In this document: one piece after another, positions 7,773-16,016 of the stretch
Numbering within the stretch: the first letter of the stretch is position 1
Layout of the letters: the number at the start of each line of letters is the position of its first letter
From: a virus
Reading direction: 5' to 3' (one strand)
Virus record (IMG/VR): IMGVR_UViG_3300032323_001800
Span: 32,001-96,000 of that record
DNA: 64,000 nucleotides
Position numbers and translations under genes: made by a program
The notes under the pieces: model-generated
What the model saw: only the letters and a program-made list of their open reading frames with translations
What the model was told of the DNA's origin: nothing
Database searches by the model: none

Positions 7773-9282
7773 TTTAACACCATTACAAAAAGACTATGCT
7801 GTCTATTTGCCAGCAATTAGTTCTTTCTATTCTACATACGTTGCTAAACAACGACTAGAAGAATTTATTCCTAAAGATCGTATTCCTAAAGACTTTGATC
7901 GTGGCATTGAAGGTATGAACTTCCTAAATCCCGAACAAGGTTATTTTTACTACAAGTACGGTTTATATTCAGCAGGTCACGCACAACTAGATCTTGAAAA
8001 GTCAATGACTCAAGAGTCAATGATACAAGATCGCGATCGTTCAAAGACAATGATTCTAGGTGACTCCGGTGGATATCAGATTGGTAAAGGTGTTCTTAAG
8101 TTTGATTGGTTAAACTTTGAAGGTCCAGAAGCTACAAAGACTCGTCAAAAGATTCTTGAGTGGTTAGAACTAACTGCTGATTGGTCAATGATGCTGGACG
8201 TTCCGACATGGGCCTGCGATCATATCCATAGTCCAAAGACTGGTTTAAAAACATTTGAGGACTGTCTAGAAAAAACTCGTTACAACAACGACTACTTTCT
8301 AATGAATCGTTTAGGTCAAACTAAATGGTTAAACGTGCTACAGGGTTCGGACTGGGATACAGCAGAACGCTGGTATCAAGGTGTTAAAGAGTTTTCAGAT
8401 CCTAAAGGCAAATACGCTGGTCGAGAAGCTGAAGGTTGGGCAATGGGTGGCGCTAACATGTGTAAGATGCCAATTACACTACGTAGATTAATTACATTAA
8501 AATTTGATGGCTTGCTAGAAGGCAAGGATTGGATGCACTTCTTGGGCACAGCACAGTTGGATTGGGCTTGTTATCTAACATTGATCCAAAGACAAATTAG
8601 AAAACACGTAAATGAAAACTTCACAATTTCCTTTGACTGCGCATCACCTTTCATCGCAACAGCTCACGGATTGGTATATACTAACGCCCAGCACACCAAT
8701 AAGCGATTCTCTGTTATCATGGATAAAGCCCCGGACACTAAGAGTCTTGCCGGACGGCAGGATATACCTTTTCCTTTCGAAAGCGATTTTGGTCGCAGAC
8801 TTACGATCGCAGATATTTGTTACTACGCACCAGGAATGTTGAATAAGATTGGCAAAGAAGGTAAAACATCTTGGGATTCATTTGCTTATGCTCTAATGAT
8901 GGGCCATAATGTTGAATGTCATATCCGTGCTGTTCAACGTGCCTGTAATCTAATGGACATCGAATTAGCAAAACACAATCCGAACTGGCGACAATACACT
9001 AAACCTAGCAGTAAAGAAGTTAATATGCATGAATACTCCGAATGGGTTCCTCGCAATATACTTTACTTTGCAGGGTTTATTGAAGAATTGTTTGAATGTA
9101 AGACTAAAGAAGATGCTTTCCAAATGATCAAAGATGCAGACTTCTTTTTAAAGAATCTTGAAGGTGCTCGATTAAGAGGCGGTGTTACCAACGAGTTTAA
9201 TCGATTGTTCAGCGACGATGATAGTTCAGATTGGGACAATGATCGAGAAGATGATAAATTGGATAGTCTTAAAGTAGAATAA
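7753..9282 (+). CDS. dpdA: TGT-family transglycosylase (DpdA-like 7-deazaguanine DNA insertion enzyme)
   Basis: TGT motifs GDSGGYQ, MMLDVP, VLQG, AMGG, HFLG, SFDCAS and late GHN. folE and queE are nearby. Confidence 0.8.
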   Translation: MNKQPVDLTPLQKDYAVYLPAISSFYSTYVAKQRLEEFIPKDRIPKDFDRGIEGMNFLNPEQGYFYYKYGLYSAGHAQLDLEKSMTQESMIQDRDRSKTMILGDSGGYQIGKGVLKFDWLNFEGPEATKTRQKILEWLELTADWSMMLDVPTWACDHIHSPKTGLKTFEDCLEKTRYNNDYFLMNRLGQTKWLNVLQGSDWDTAERWYQGVKEFSDPKGKYAGREAEGWAMGGANMCKMPITLRRLITLKFDGLLEGKDWMHFLGTAQLDWACYLTLIQRQIRKHVNENFTISFDCASPFIATAHGLVYTNAQHTNKRFSVIMDKAPDTKSLAGRQDIPFPFESDFGRRLTIADICYYAPGMLNKIGKEGKTSWDSFAYALMMGHNVECHIRAVQRACNLMDIELAKHNPNWRQYTKPSSKEVNMHEYSEWVPRNILYFAGFIEELFECKTKEDAFQMIKDADFFLKNLEGARLRGGVTNEFNRLFSDDDSSDWDNDREDDKLDSLKVE

Positions 9283-9283
9283 T

Positions 9284-9312
9284 TTGACTAAGGACTAACT
9301 TGGTGTTATACT
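9284..9312 (+). promoter_or_regulatory. Sigma70-type promoter with extended -10
   Basis: TTGACT(9284)-N17-TATACT(9307), with TGn at 9304-9306. Confidence 0.75.
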
Positions 9313-9343
9313 ACTAACATCAAGTTAATTTTGAGATAGGTAC

Positions 9344-9769
9344 ATGGACAACGAATACGAAAATTTTGCCAAACAAATGGAAGAAAAGTTTCCAAAAATG
9401 TTTGAGCACAAGTATGGTGGATTTGCTGTAGGTCAAGGCTGGTGGCCTATTCTCGAAGCGTTGTGTGCTAATATTCAACAGCATACTGATTGGCGTAACC
9501 GAGAAACTAAAATTGTTCCACAAGTAGTTGTAGAACAGATTAAAGAAAAGTTTGGCGGACTGCGTTTCTACTATCAAGGCGGCGATGAACAGATTCACGG
9601 CATGGTGCGTATGGCAGAAGCATGGGCGGCAAATTGCTGTGAAGAATGTTGCGCACCTGGCAAGCGTAGAGGTGGTGGCTGGATTCGTACGCTGTGTGAT
9701 AAGCACGAAGCAGAACATCAAGAACACCTTCGTACAAGAGAAATGAAACTATCAGGATTTGAAGAATGA
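9344..9769 (+). CDS. Conserved phage hypothetical protein with C-terminal Zn-binding motif
   Basis: QIKEKFGGLRFY core, then CEECxxPG...GWIRTLCxxH. Confidence 0.75.
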   Translation: MDNEYENFAKQMEEKFPKMFEHKYGGFAVGQGWWPILEALCANIQQHTDWRNRETKIVPQVVVEQIKEKFGGLRFYYQGGDEQIHGMVRMAEAWAANCCEECCAPGKRRGGGWIRTLCDKHEAEHQEHLRTREMKLSGFEE

Positions 9770-9936
9770 ACACTTTAAAAAAATGTAATTCCTGCGGTGA
9801 AGACTTAAAGCTAAACGGTATCGGGTGCGACTGGCGTCAAGGACGTTGCCCGCATCGTACTCCAATGCTAACAGATTATCATTTTAGATTTTATAATTTG
9901 GTTCAATTTATTAAAGGATGGTTCGGTCGTGGCTAA
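9766..9936 (+). CDS. Small Cys/His protein (56 aa, not in the ORF track)
   Basis: MNTLKKCNSCGEDLKLNGIGCDWRQGRCPHRTP...GRG*. Overlaps both neighbours by a few bases. Confidence 0.65.
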   Translation: MNTLKKCNSCGEDLKLNGIGCDWRQGRCPHRTPMLTDYHFRFYNLVQFIKGWFGRG

Positions 9937-10453
9937 TTTATATCGTATTACTCCCTTAGAAAAGAAAAACGTCGAATATTTTGTAGATGTTTATGAAGAA
10001 CTAGCAGATGGCACAATCCGAGGATTTGATGTCACTGAAGTATATCGTTGGGGCCAAGGATTTCGAGAAGAAGATAACGAAGTTTATTCTACTGAAATAG
10101 ATCGTGTGCATTGCGATCCTCAAGTTGGTTGGGGTTGCGAACTTGATGATCTGTGTGCTGTGTATGTAAATTTCACAGATGGATTTACTGATCAAGAGAA
10201 AATCGAGATCGAAGCAAGATGCCGTGGAGAGTTAGAAGACGATGACGGTCGATGGGGTACTGCTTGGTTATACGACGGCGACCACAATTGGCAAATTGAA
10301 GACAACTGTGTTTATATTTTGGGTCCCGTAAAGATTGACCTTGTTAATGAAGATACGTATAATGAAGTAGTTGAAGAAAATATTCAACCTAAAGTAATTG
10401 ACCCCAAAACATCATGGCCGTTTAGTCCAGACTTTCCAGATACATCAAAATGA
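9929..10453 (+). CDS. Acidic hypothetical protein
   Basis: 174 aa, GTG start, Asp/Glu-rich. Confidence 0.75.
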   Translation: MANLYRITPLEKKNVEYFVDVYEELADGTIRGFDVTEVYRWGQGFREEDNEVYSTEIDRVHCDPQVGWGCELDDLCAVYVNFTDGFTDQEKIEIEARCRGELEDDDGRWGTAWLYDGDHNWQIEDNCVYILGPVKIDLVNEDTYNEVVEENIQPKVIDPKTSWPFSPDFPDTSK

Positions 10454-10968
10454 ATCGAGATTACACAACAGGAACTGCCGACAACATAGTATTTTTTGTT
10501 GGCAACGAAGTAGAACACACTCCTGCATACGGAATGAAAACATTGTTTGTCACAGGTGTTCAACCTGTAGAAGCAATCATAGGAGCTCTTACTAATCAAG
10601 ATATTACTCATATCTTTTTTGGTGCTAATCATAGTTTTAATCCTAAAGAATTTAATGAACATAAAGAATGGGAAGAAATGATCTTTCACTTTCTTAAACA
10701 AGATTATTTGTGTTCGTTAGATATTCCTATGAGTCAAGTAGAGGAATTTCACGAAAGCGGATACTGCGAATATGATAATTTTATTCCGCAGATTCGTGTG
10801 CCTATTCCTTATATTAAATTGTGGAACTACAACACCATGTTGAAGATCGACGATAAAGATTTTAAAGCAACTAATCCTGGTGTTTGGTCTCACAGTCTGC
10901 ATTCTTTGTTAGACCGTAAAAATTTCACAGATTGGTCCCAATATAAAAATGATGAGATTATAAAATGA
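10450..10968 (+). CDS. Hypothetical protein in the deazaguanine region
   Basis: 172 aa alpha/beta-like protein with motifs GNEVEHTP, HIFFGANHS, KIDDKDF, TNPGVW. Confidence 0.75.
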   Translation: MNRDYTTGTADNIVFFVGNEVEHTPAYGMKTLFVTGVQPVEAIIGALTNQDITHIFFGANHSFNPKEFNEHKEWEEMIFHFLKQDYLCSLDIPMSQVEEFHESGYCEYDNFIPQIRVPIPYIKLWNYNTMLKIDDKDFKATNPGVWSHSLHSLLDRKNFTDWSQYKNDEIIK

Positions 10969-11327
10969 GTACTGGACAAGTATCAGGAGGATGGGCTGTT
11001 GGAAAATCTACCGCTTACCCTAAAACGAGAACTAGAAGAGCAAGGAACACATCACCAATGAAATTAACATTTAAACAACGTATCCGAAACTGGATTATGA
11101 GTGACGACTATGAGCAAGACGTTCCTCAAATAGTAGAATCAGATCGACTGAGCAGCGAAGGTATGCGTATGCAGATCTATAAAGCCAGCGGTGGTTATGT
11201 TGTAGAAACTCGCAGTTACGATAGCCACAAAGATCGTAACAATAATTCAATGCATGTAGTCACTGAAGATCAAGATTTAGGTGACGCATTAGGTAAAATC
11301 GTAATGATGGAGGCACTAAAGCGATGA
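10965..11327 (+). CDS. Hypothetical protein
   Basis: 120 aa, ATGA-coupled. Confidence 0.7.
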   Translation: MSTGQVSGGWAVGKSTAYPKTRTRRARNTSPMKLTFKQRIRNWIMSDDYEQDVPQIVESDRLSSEGMRMQIYKASGGYVVETRSYDSHKDRNNNSMHVVTEDQDLGDALGKIVMMEALKR

Positions 11328-11551
11328 AACATCCTGACCTAAAAGTAAAATCAGTAACTATCAAAGAAAATGCTGCTTACAGAGTTAAAGTAGAATCTTG
11401 GGAAGCTATTGCTCCTAAAGGATTGATTGCTATTCATATCATTCAAGAATGCCTAAATAAAGATGGTAAGGTTGATCTTTCTAGTACATACAGCTATAAT
11501 ATGACTAGAGATGAAATTAGTAACCTTTGTAAGGCATTGTTAGCAGCATGA
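11324..11551 (+). CDS. Hypothetical protein
   Basis: 75 aa, ATGA-coupled. Confidence 0.7.
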   Translation: MKHPDLKVKSVTIKENAAYRVKVESWEAIAPKGLIAIHIIQECLNKDGKVDLSSTYSYNMTRDEISNLCKALLAA

Positions 11552-11943
11552 ACATTAAACAAGACATTCGCCCAAATAAAATGATTTGGGTAACTTTCCG
11601 CAAGGAAGGTATTCATAAATATCCTGCAGCCTTAACAGATCCAAATCTAGCTACAGGAGATGAATATGACGTATCGTTTTTGGGTTATCCCCATCGCCAC
11701 ATTTTTCATTTCAGGGTGTGGATCAATGTGCAACACGATGACCGAGACATCGAATTCATCCAGTTCAAACGATGGCTCGAGTCGTTGTATAATGGTCAAG
11801 GTTCCGTTTTGAGCCTCGATCATAAAAGTTGTGAGATGATGTCAGAAGATTTATATAACATCATCACACTAAAGTATCCAGGTCGAGAGATTTGGATTGA
11901 GGTCTCCGAAGACGGAGAAAATGGTTCATTTATCAAATATTAA
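11548..11943 (+). CDS. QueD-paralogous T-fold protein (DpdL-like predicted CDG decarboxylase)
   Basis: T-fold pattern F..EGIH, LGYPHRHIF (LxxxHRHxF instead of QueD CxxxHGH), DIEFIQFK, LDHKSCE, IEVSEDGE. Confidence 0.6.
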   Translation: MNIKQDIRPNKMIWVTFRKEGIHKYPAALTDPNLATGDEYDVSFLGYPHRHIFHFRVWINVQHDDRDIEFIQFKRWLESLYNGQGSVLSLDHKSCEMMSEDLYNIITLKYPGREIWIEVSEDGENGSFIKY

Positions 11944-11955
11944 TAAGAGGCTATT

Positions 11956-12189
11956 ATGGCTAAGAATTACAAAGATTACGCTTACTTTGAAAACCGCCCC
12001 GACGTTGTTCGTGTATGGGAAGATCTTGAAGCATACAACGACTTTTGTCGTTTCGAGCTTCGTGACTTTAATCCTGCGGAACTGTACCGCAAAGAAGCAC
12101 CCAACTATAGTGCTTACCTAGCAAGTAAGCGTCCTCGTCGCCCGTATCAGGGCAAAAACCCAAGGTTTAACAATCATCGAAATGGCTAA
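11956..12189 (+). CDS. Hypothetical protein
   Basis: 77 aa, SD GAGG, basic C-terminus. Confidence 0.7.
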   Translation: MAKNYKDYAYFENRPDVVRVWEDLEAYNDFCRFELRDFNPAELYRKEAPNYSAYLASKRPRRPYQGKNPRFNNHRNG

Positions 12190-13249
12190 GATATTTTTAG
12201 TCGATCTCGAAGCTGTTGAGACTCGTTACACAGGCGAGTGGAAAGTCCATTTGCCTGAGTTACTAAGAAAGAGAGGACACGATGTTCAAGTTATATCTGG
12301 CCCTACGGATATTCCTACTGCCACTACTCCTGGTGCTTTTCTTAACTTTGGTGGCACCAATATATACAAGGCTAGTCAGGTTGAGCAGATGGGCCGTTTA
12401 TTTTGTAGTGGATCTGTTCATCCTGGCGACCACTTTATTTTTACTGACGCTTGGCATCCGGGCATTATAAATTTAAAGTACATGAGTGAATTGCTGGGCA
12501 TCCCAGTAACAACACATGGCCTATGGCATGCTGGAAGTTATGATCCTCAAGATTTCTTAGGACGACTTGTTGGTGATAAGCCTTGGGTAAGACATGCTGA
12601 GAAAAGTTTTTATGAAGCATTTGATCATAACTACTTTGCCACAGACTTTCATATCGAAATGTTCTTTAAGAACTTGTTTGATACAAAAGTAATTGCTGGC
12701 GCTGATTTTGATGGCAAAGTAGTACGTACAGGGTGGCCAATGGAGTATATGCCTGATACGTTGCTGATGTATAAGAACATGCCCAAGCGTGATCTTATCT
12801 TGTTCCCACATCGTATTGCTCCTGAGAAGCAGGTTGAAATATTCCGTGACTTAAAAGAACACTTACCACAATATGAGTTCGTTGTTTGTCAAGATCAACA
12901 ACTTACAAAAAATGAATATCATAACTTGCTAGGTGAAGCTAAACTAGTATTCAGTGCCAACTTACAAGAAACACTAGGTATCAGTTGGTATGAAGGTGCG
13001 TTAGTTGATGCTATTCCTATGGTGCCAGATCGATTAAGCTATAGTGAAATGGCCTTAGACGAATTTAAGTATCCTTCAGAATGGACTGAATCATTTAAAT
13101 CGTATCAAATACACAGACACTCATTAGTAGAAAAGATTGTAAATTATATGGAAAATTATAAACAATTTCTACCTCGCCTAAATACTCAGGTAACATCTTT
13201 AACGGATAACTTTTTCAGTTGCGATCAACTATTAAAGATGTTAAAATAA
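12182..13249 (+). CDS. GT-B glycosyltransferase (GT4-like)
   Basis: HRIAPEK and E-x7-E (ETLGISWYE) donor-binding motifs, 355 aa. Confidence 0.85.
   Translation: MAKIFLVDLEAVETRYTGEWKVHLPELLRKRGHDVQVISGPTDIPTATTPGAFLNFGGTNIYKASQVEQMGRLFCSGSVHPGDHFIFTDAWHPGIINLKYMSELLGIPVTTHGLWHAGSYDPQDFLGRLVGDKPWVRHAEKSFYEAFDHNYFATDFHIEMFFKNLFDTKVIAGADFDGKVVRTGWPMEYMPDTLLMYKNMPKRDLILFPHRIAPEKQVEIFRDLKEHLPQYEFVVCQDQQLTKNEYHNLLGEAKLVFSANLQETLGISWYEGALVDAIPMVPDRLSYSEMALDEFKYPSEWTESFKSYQIHRHSLVEKIVNYMENYKQFLPRLNTQVTSLTDNFFSCDQLLKMLK
13219..13247 (+). promoter_or_regulatory. Sigma70-type promoter for folE
   Basis: TTGCGA(13219)-N17-TAAAAT(13242), with TGn extension. Confidence 0.5.
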
Positions 13250-13290
13250 CACACATGTGACATCCACGTCATTAACTCGGAGAATATTAA

Positions 13291-14055
13291 TTGACAGAAT
13301 CAAGAACATACCAAAACATACTTGCCGGAGTAGAACAGCAAGGCGATGACAACAAAGATTATAAAGAAGCATACCTAGCAGACGTAATTCGCTTTAAAAT
13401 GAAACGTGACCAAAAGCGTTTCTGGGCAGGTGACAATGTATCGGACTATGTCACTGAAGAAATGAAGCACAAACTCATCGACGAAGCAACAGAAGCATTT
13501 GAATTAGTGCTTGATCGGTTGTTAATCGATCGTGAGAATGATCCTAATAGTCAAGGCACAGCAAGACGACTGGCCAAGATGTACTTTAACGAAATCATGA
13601 GTGGCCGATATGACCCAGCACCAGACGCAACCGCATTCCCCAATGACACAGAAGACCGTTACGAAGGTATGTTGGTTGTTCGTAGTGAGCTTCGCAGTAT
13701 GTGTAGCCATCATCATCAACCTGTGGCTGGCGTTGCTTATATTGGTATTATTGCGGCTTCCAAGCTCATTGGCCTCTCTAAATACACCCGCATCGCACAG
13801 TGGTGTGCAAGACGTGGTACTCTCCAGGAGGAACTTGCTAATGATATTGCTCGCGAGATCGCCAAAGCCACTGGAGCCAAAGACGTAGGCGTATATGTAC
13901 AAGCCGTACATGGCTGCTGTGAGAATCGCGGAATTATGGCACATTCAAGTCTAACACAGACAACAGTATTAAAGGGTGCGTTCAAAGATGACACTAGTAC
14001 AAAGAAAGAATTCTTTGACAACATTAAACTACAACAAGACTTTGCTCCGAGGTAA
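13291..14055 (+). CDS. folE: GTP cyclohydrolase I
   Basis: SMCSHHHQP, IGLSKYTRIA, LQEEL, HGCCENRG. TTG start after SD GGAG. Confidence 0.95.
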   Translation: MTESRTYQNILAGVEQQGDDNKDYKEAYLADVIRFKMKRDQKRFWAGDNVSDYVTEEMKHKLIDEATEAFELVLDRLLIDRENDPNSQGTARRLAKMYFNEIMSGRYDPAPDATAFPNDTEDRYEGMLVVRSELRSMCSHHHQPVAGVAYIGIIAASKLIGLSKYTRIAQWCARRGTLQEELANDIAREIAKATGAKDVGVYVQAVHGCCENRGIMAHSSLTQTTVLKGAFKDDTSTKKEFFDNIKLQQDFAPR

Positions 14056-14058
14056 TAT

Positions 14059-14274
14059 ATGAACTCAGTAGATATGGCTAACGATCTAATTAATCGTGCT
14101 AGAAACTTAAAGAAGTTTGAAGTGAAACGTATGCTAGAAGATGGCATCTTATTCAACGGTCCTGTACCTTTTGATATCAAAGGCCGAGATGATTGCTATT
14201 GGATATATGCCTATGCTGTTACACAAGAAGAAGCAGAAGCACAAGTAGATATGTGGCTAAGCGATCGAACATGA
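14059..14274 (+). CDS. Hypothetical protein
   Basis: 71 aa, SD GAGGT. Confidence 0.7.
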   Translation: MNSVDMANDLINRARNLKKFEVKRMLEDGILFNGPVPFDIKGRDDCYWIYAYAVTQEEAEAQVDMWLSDRT

Positions 14275-14696
14275 TTCACCCGTTGCTAGATGAACTGATG
14301 GTCCAACAACAGTTGCCAGCCGCTGATCGTCGAGAGTGGGCATGGCAGCACATGGTGGCTGTGATCATGCTAAATCAAACCGGAAGGAAGGCGGTGAAAT
14401 ATGTACTGCCTCTTTTCTTAGATCGTTGGCCAACTCCAGAAGAGTTTTTATGGACAACGGATGACGAAGTCAAAGAAGTAATTTGGCCTTTGGGCATGTA
14501 CAATGTCCGTTTCCAACGACTCAAACGTATGACCGCAGATTTTTTGACTTGGGACGGAAATGATGCTACAATGTTATACGGCATCGGCAAGTATGGTTCA
14601 GATAGTTATGAGATTTTTTTCAAAAAAAACTATGTAGTCCAACCCACTGATAAAGAACTCAAACGCTACTTGAAAGAGGAAATATATGTTTCTTAA
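14271..14696 (+). CDS. MBD4-like HhH DNA glycosylase
   Basis: WQHMVAVIMLNQT, PLGMYNVR, HhH LYGIGKYGSDSYEIF with catalytic Asp, PTDKELKRY. Start set at the coupled ATG 14271. Confidence 0.8.
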   Translation: MIHPLLDELMVQQQLPAADRREWAWQHMVAVIMLNQTGRKAVKYVLPLFLDRWPTPEEFLWTTDDEVKEVIWPLGMYNVRFQRLKRMTADFLTWDGNDATMLYGIGKYGSDSYEIFFKKNYVVQPTDKELKRYLKEEIYVS

Positions 14697-15147
14697 ACTG
14701 CTAGAACGATTAGGTCGTAAGCGTATTATTATGGATAGGCTCAGTAACGAACCTTATCTAGAACGATACTACCTATTTCTCAAAGAGAGAACTCTCTTTC
14801 CATTTAACATATTTTTACACAAGTTCTTAAAAGGTGATCCGGACGATGTTCATGATCATCCGTGGCCTTATGCTACATTGATTTTGCGAGGTGGATACTA
14901 TGAATGGATTCCTATTTTTAATACTATCGGCGAAAAAATTAATGAATGTAAAGTTTGGAGAGGTCCTGGTCATTTCCGTATCTGCTCTTCTTCTAGTTAT
15001 CATCGCATTGAGCTAAAAGAAGGTGTAACAGCTTGGACATTGTTTATGCCCGGTCCCCACAAACGCGAATGGGGTTTCTTAGTTAATAACAAGTGGGTGC
15101 AACACGATCAATACCTTAAGGATAGACATGAACAAGCTCATAATTAA
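14686..15147 (+). CDS. Cupin-fold (DSBH) protein
   Basis: HDHPW...ILRGGYYE...HRIEL metal-binding pattern. Confidence 0.65.
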   Translation: MFLKLLERLGRKRIIMDRLSNEPYLERYYLFLKERTLFPFNIFLHKFLKGDPDDVHDHPWPYATLILRGGYYEWIPIFNTIGEKINECKVWRGPGHFRICSSSSYHRIELKEGVTAWTLFMPGPHKREWGFLVNNKWVQHDQYLKDRHEQAHN

Positions 15148-15688
15148 CAACGATCAATTAAAAAATTTAGTTACTAAACTCTGTCGAGACATTACTCTCA
15201 GCGGATGGCAACCTGAATACGTAGTAGGTCTAACCAGAGGTGGTTTAACTCCTGCTGTTATGATCAGTCACTACTTCAACGTACCATGCGAAACCTTAAA
15301 AGTTAGCCTACGTGACGGCGGCGAACCAGAAAGTAATTTATGGATGGCTGAAGATGCATTTGGATACACCTCTAAAGAAGTTGATTTCTTTGAAGGTAAT
15401 CCTATGGAATTGATTAACGAGGGCCGAGCTAAAGAAATATTAATTGTTGATGATATTAACGATTCGGGTGCTACTATAAACTGGATTATGAAAGACTGGC
15501 CTAGTGGTTGTTTTCCTGATGATCCTGTGTGGAAAGAAGTGTGGAACAACAATGTCCGCTTTGCTGTGTTAGTGGATAATCTTGCCAGTCAATGTAATGC
15601 TAAAATGGATTATGTTGGCATGGAAATTAACAAAGCAGAAAACGATGTATGGGTTGATTTTCCCTGGGAAGATTGGTGGCAGAAATGA
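15128..15688 (+). CDS. Purine phosphoribosyltransferase (Gpt/XGPRT-like)
   Basis: VGLTRGG and PRPP loop ILIVDDINDSGAT. Confidence 0.88.
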   Translation: MNKLIINNDQLKNLVTKLCRDITLSGWQPEYVVGLTRGGLTPAVMISHYFNVPCETLKVSLRDGGEPESNLWMAEDAFGYTSKEVDFFEGNPMELINEGRAKEILIVDDINDSGATINWIMKDWPSGCFPDDPVWKEVWNNNVRFAVLVDNLASQCNAKMDYVGMEINKAENDVWVDFPWEDWWQK

Positions 15689-15789
15689 TAGCAGTATGGT
15701 TACTGGTTATTTTTCTTGTTTTGACTGGACATTGGATGTTAGGTCTTATAGTTTCACTAGTAGGAATTTTATTTGAAGGCATAAAATGA
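15685..15789 (+). CDS. 34-aa hydrophobic membrane peptide (not in the ORF track)
   Basis: MIAVWLLVIFLVLTGHWMLGLIVSLVGILFEGIK*. ATGA overlaps at both ends. Confidence 0.65.
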   Translation: MIAVWLLVIFLVLTGHWMLGLIVSLVGILFEGIK

Positions 15790-16016
15790 TTGATGCAAAA
15801 GTAAAAGTACATTGCACTGACGCTGGTAAAGATTTTGAAATGCATGTGTTAGCATATAAACCCAAGACATTTTTAGATGTTGCGTTTCAAACTCTTAAAA
15901 TTCGTTTAGCATATATAGAACGTACAAAAGCGTTTAGAGGTAGTCTAGGTGGTAGAGAATTTGTTATTCGAGAAGAAGATCTTCCACAGGAAAATCGCAA
16001 GGAGTATCAGAGATGA
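15786..16016 (+). CDS. Hypothetical protein
   Basis: 76 aa, coupled. Confidence 0.7.
   Translation: MIDAKVKVHCTDAGKDFEMHVLAYKPKTFLDVAFQTLKIRLAYIERTKAFRGSLGGREFVIREEDLPQENRKEYQR

Noticed and set aside
13291-13320. Perfect TTGACA at the folE start
   Set aside because: No -10 element at 16-18 nt. It is simply the TTG ACA start.
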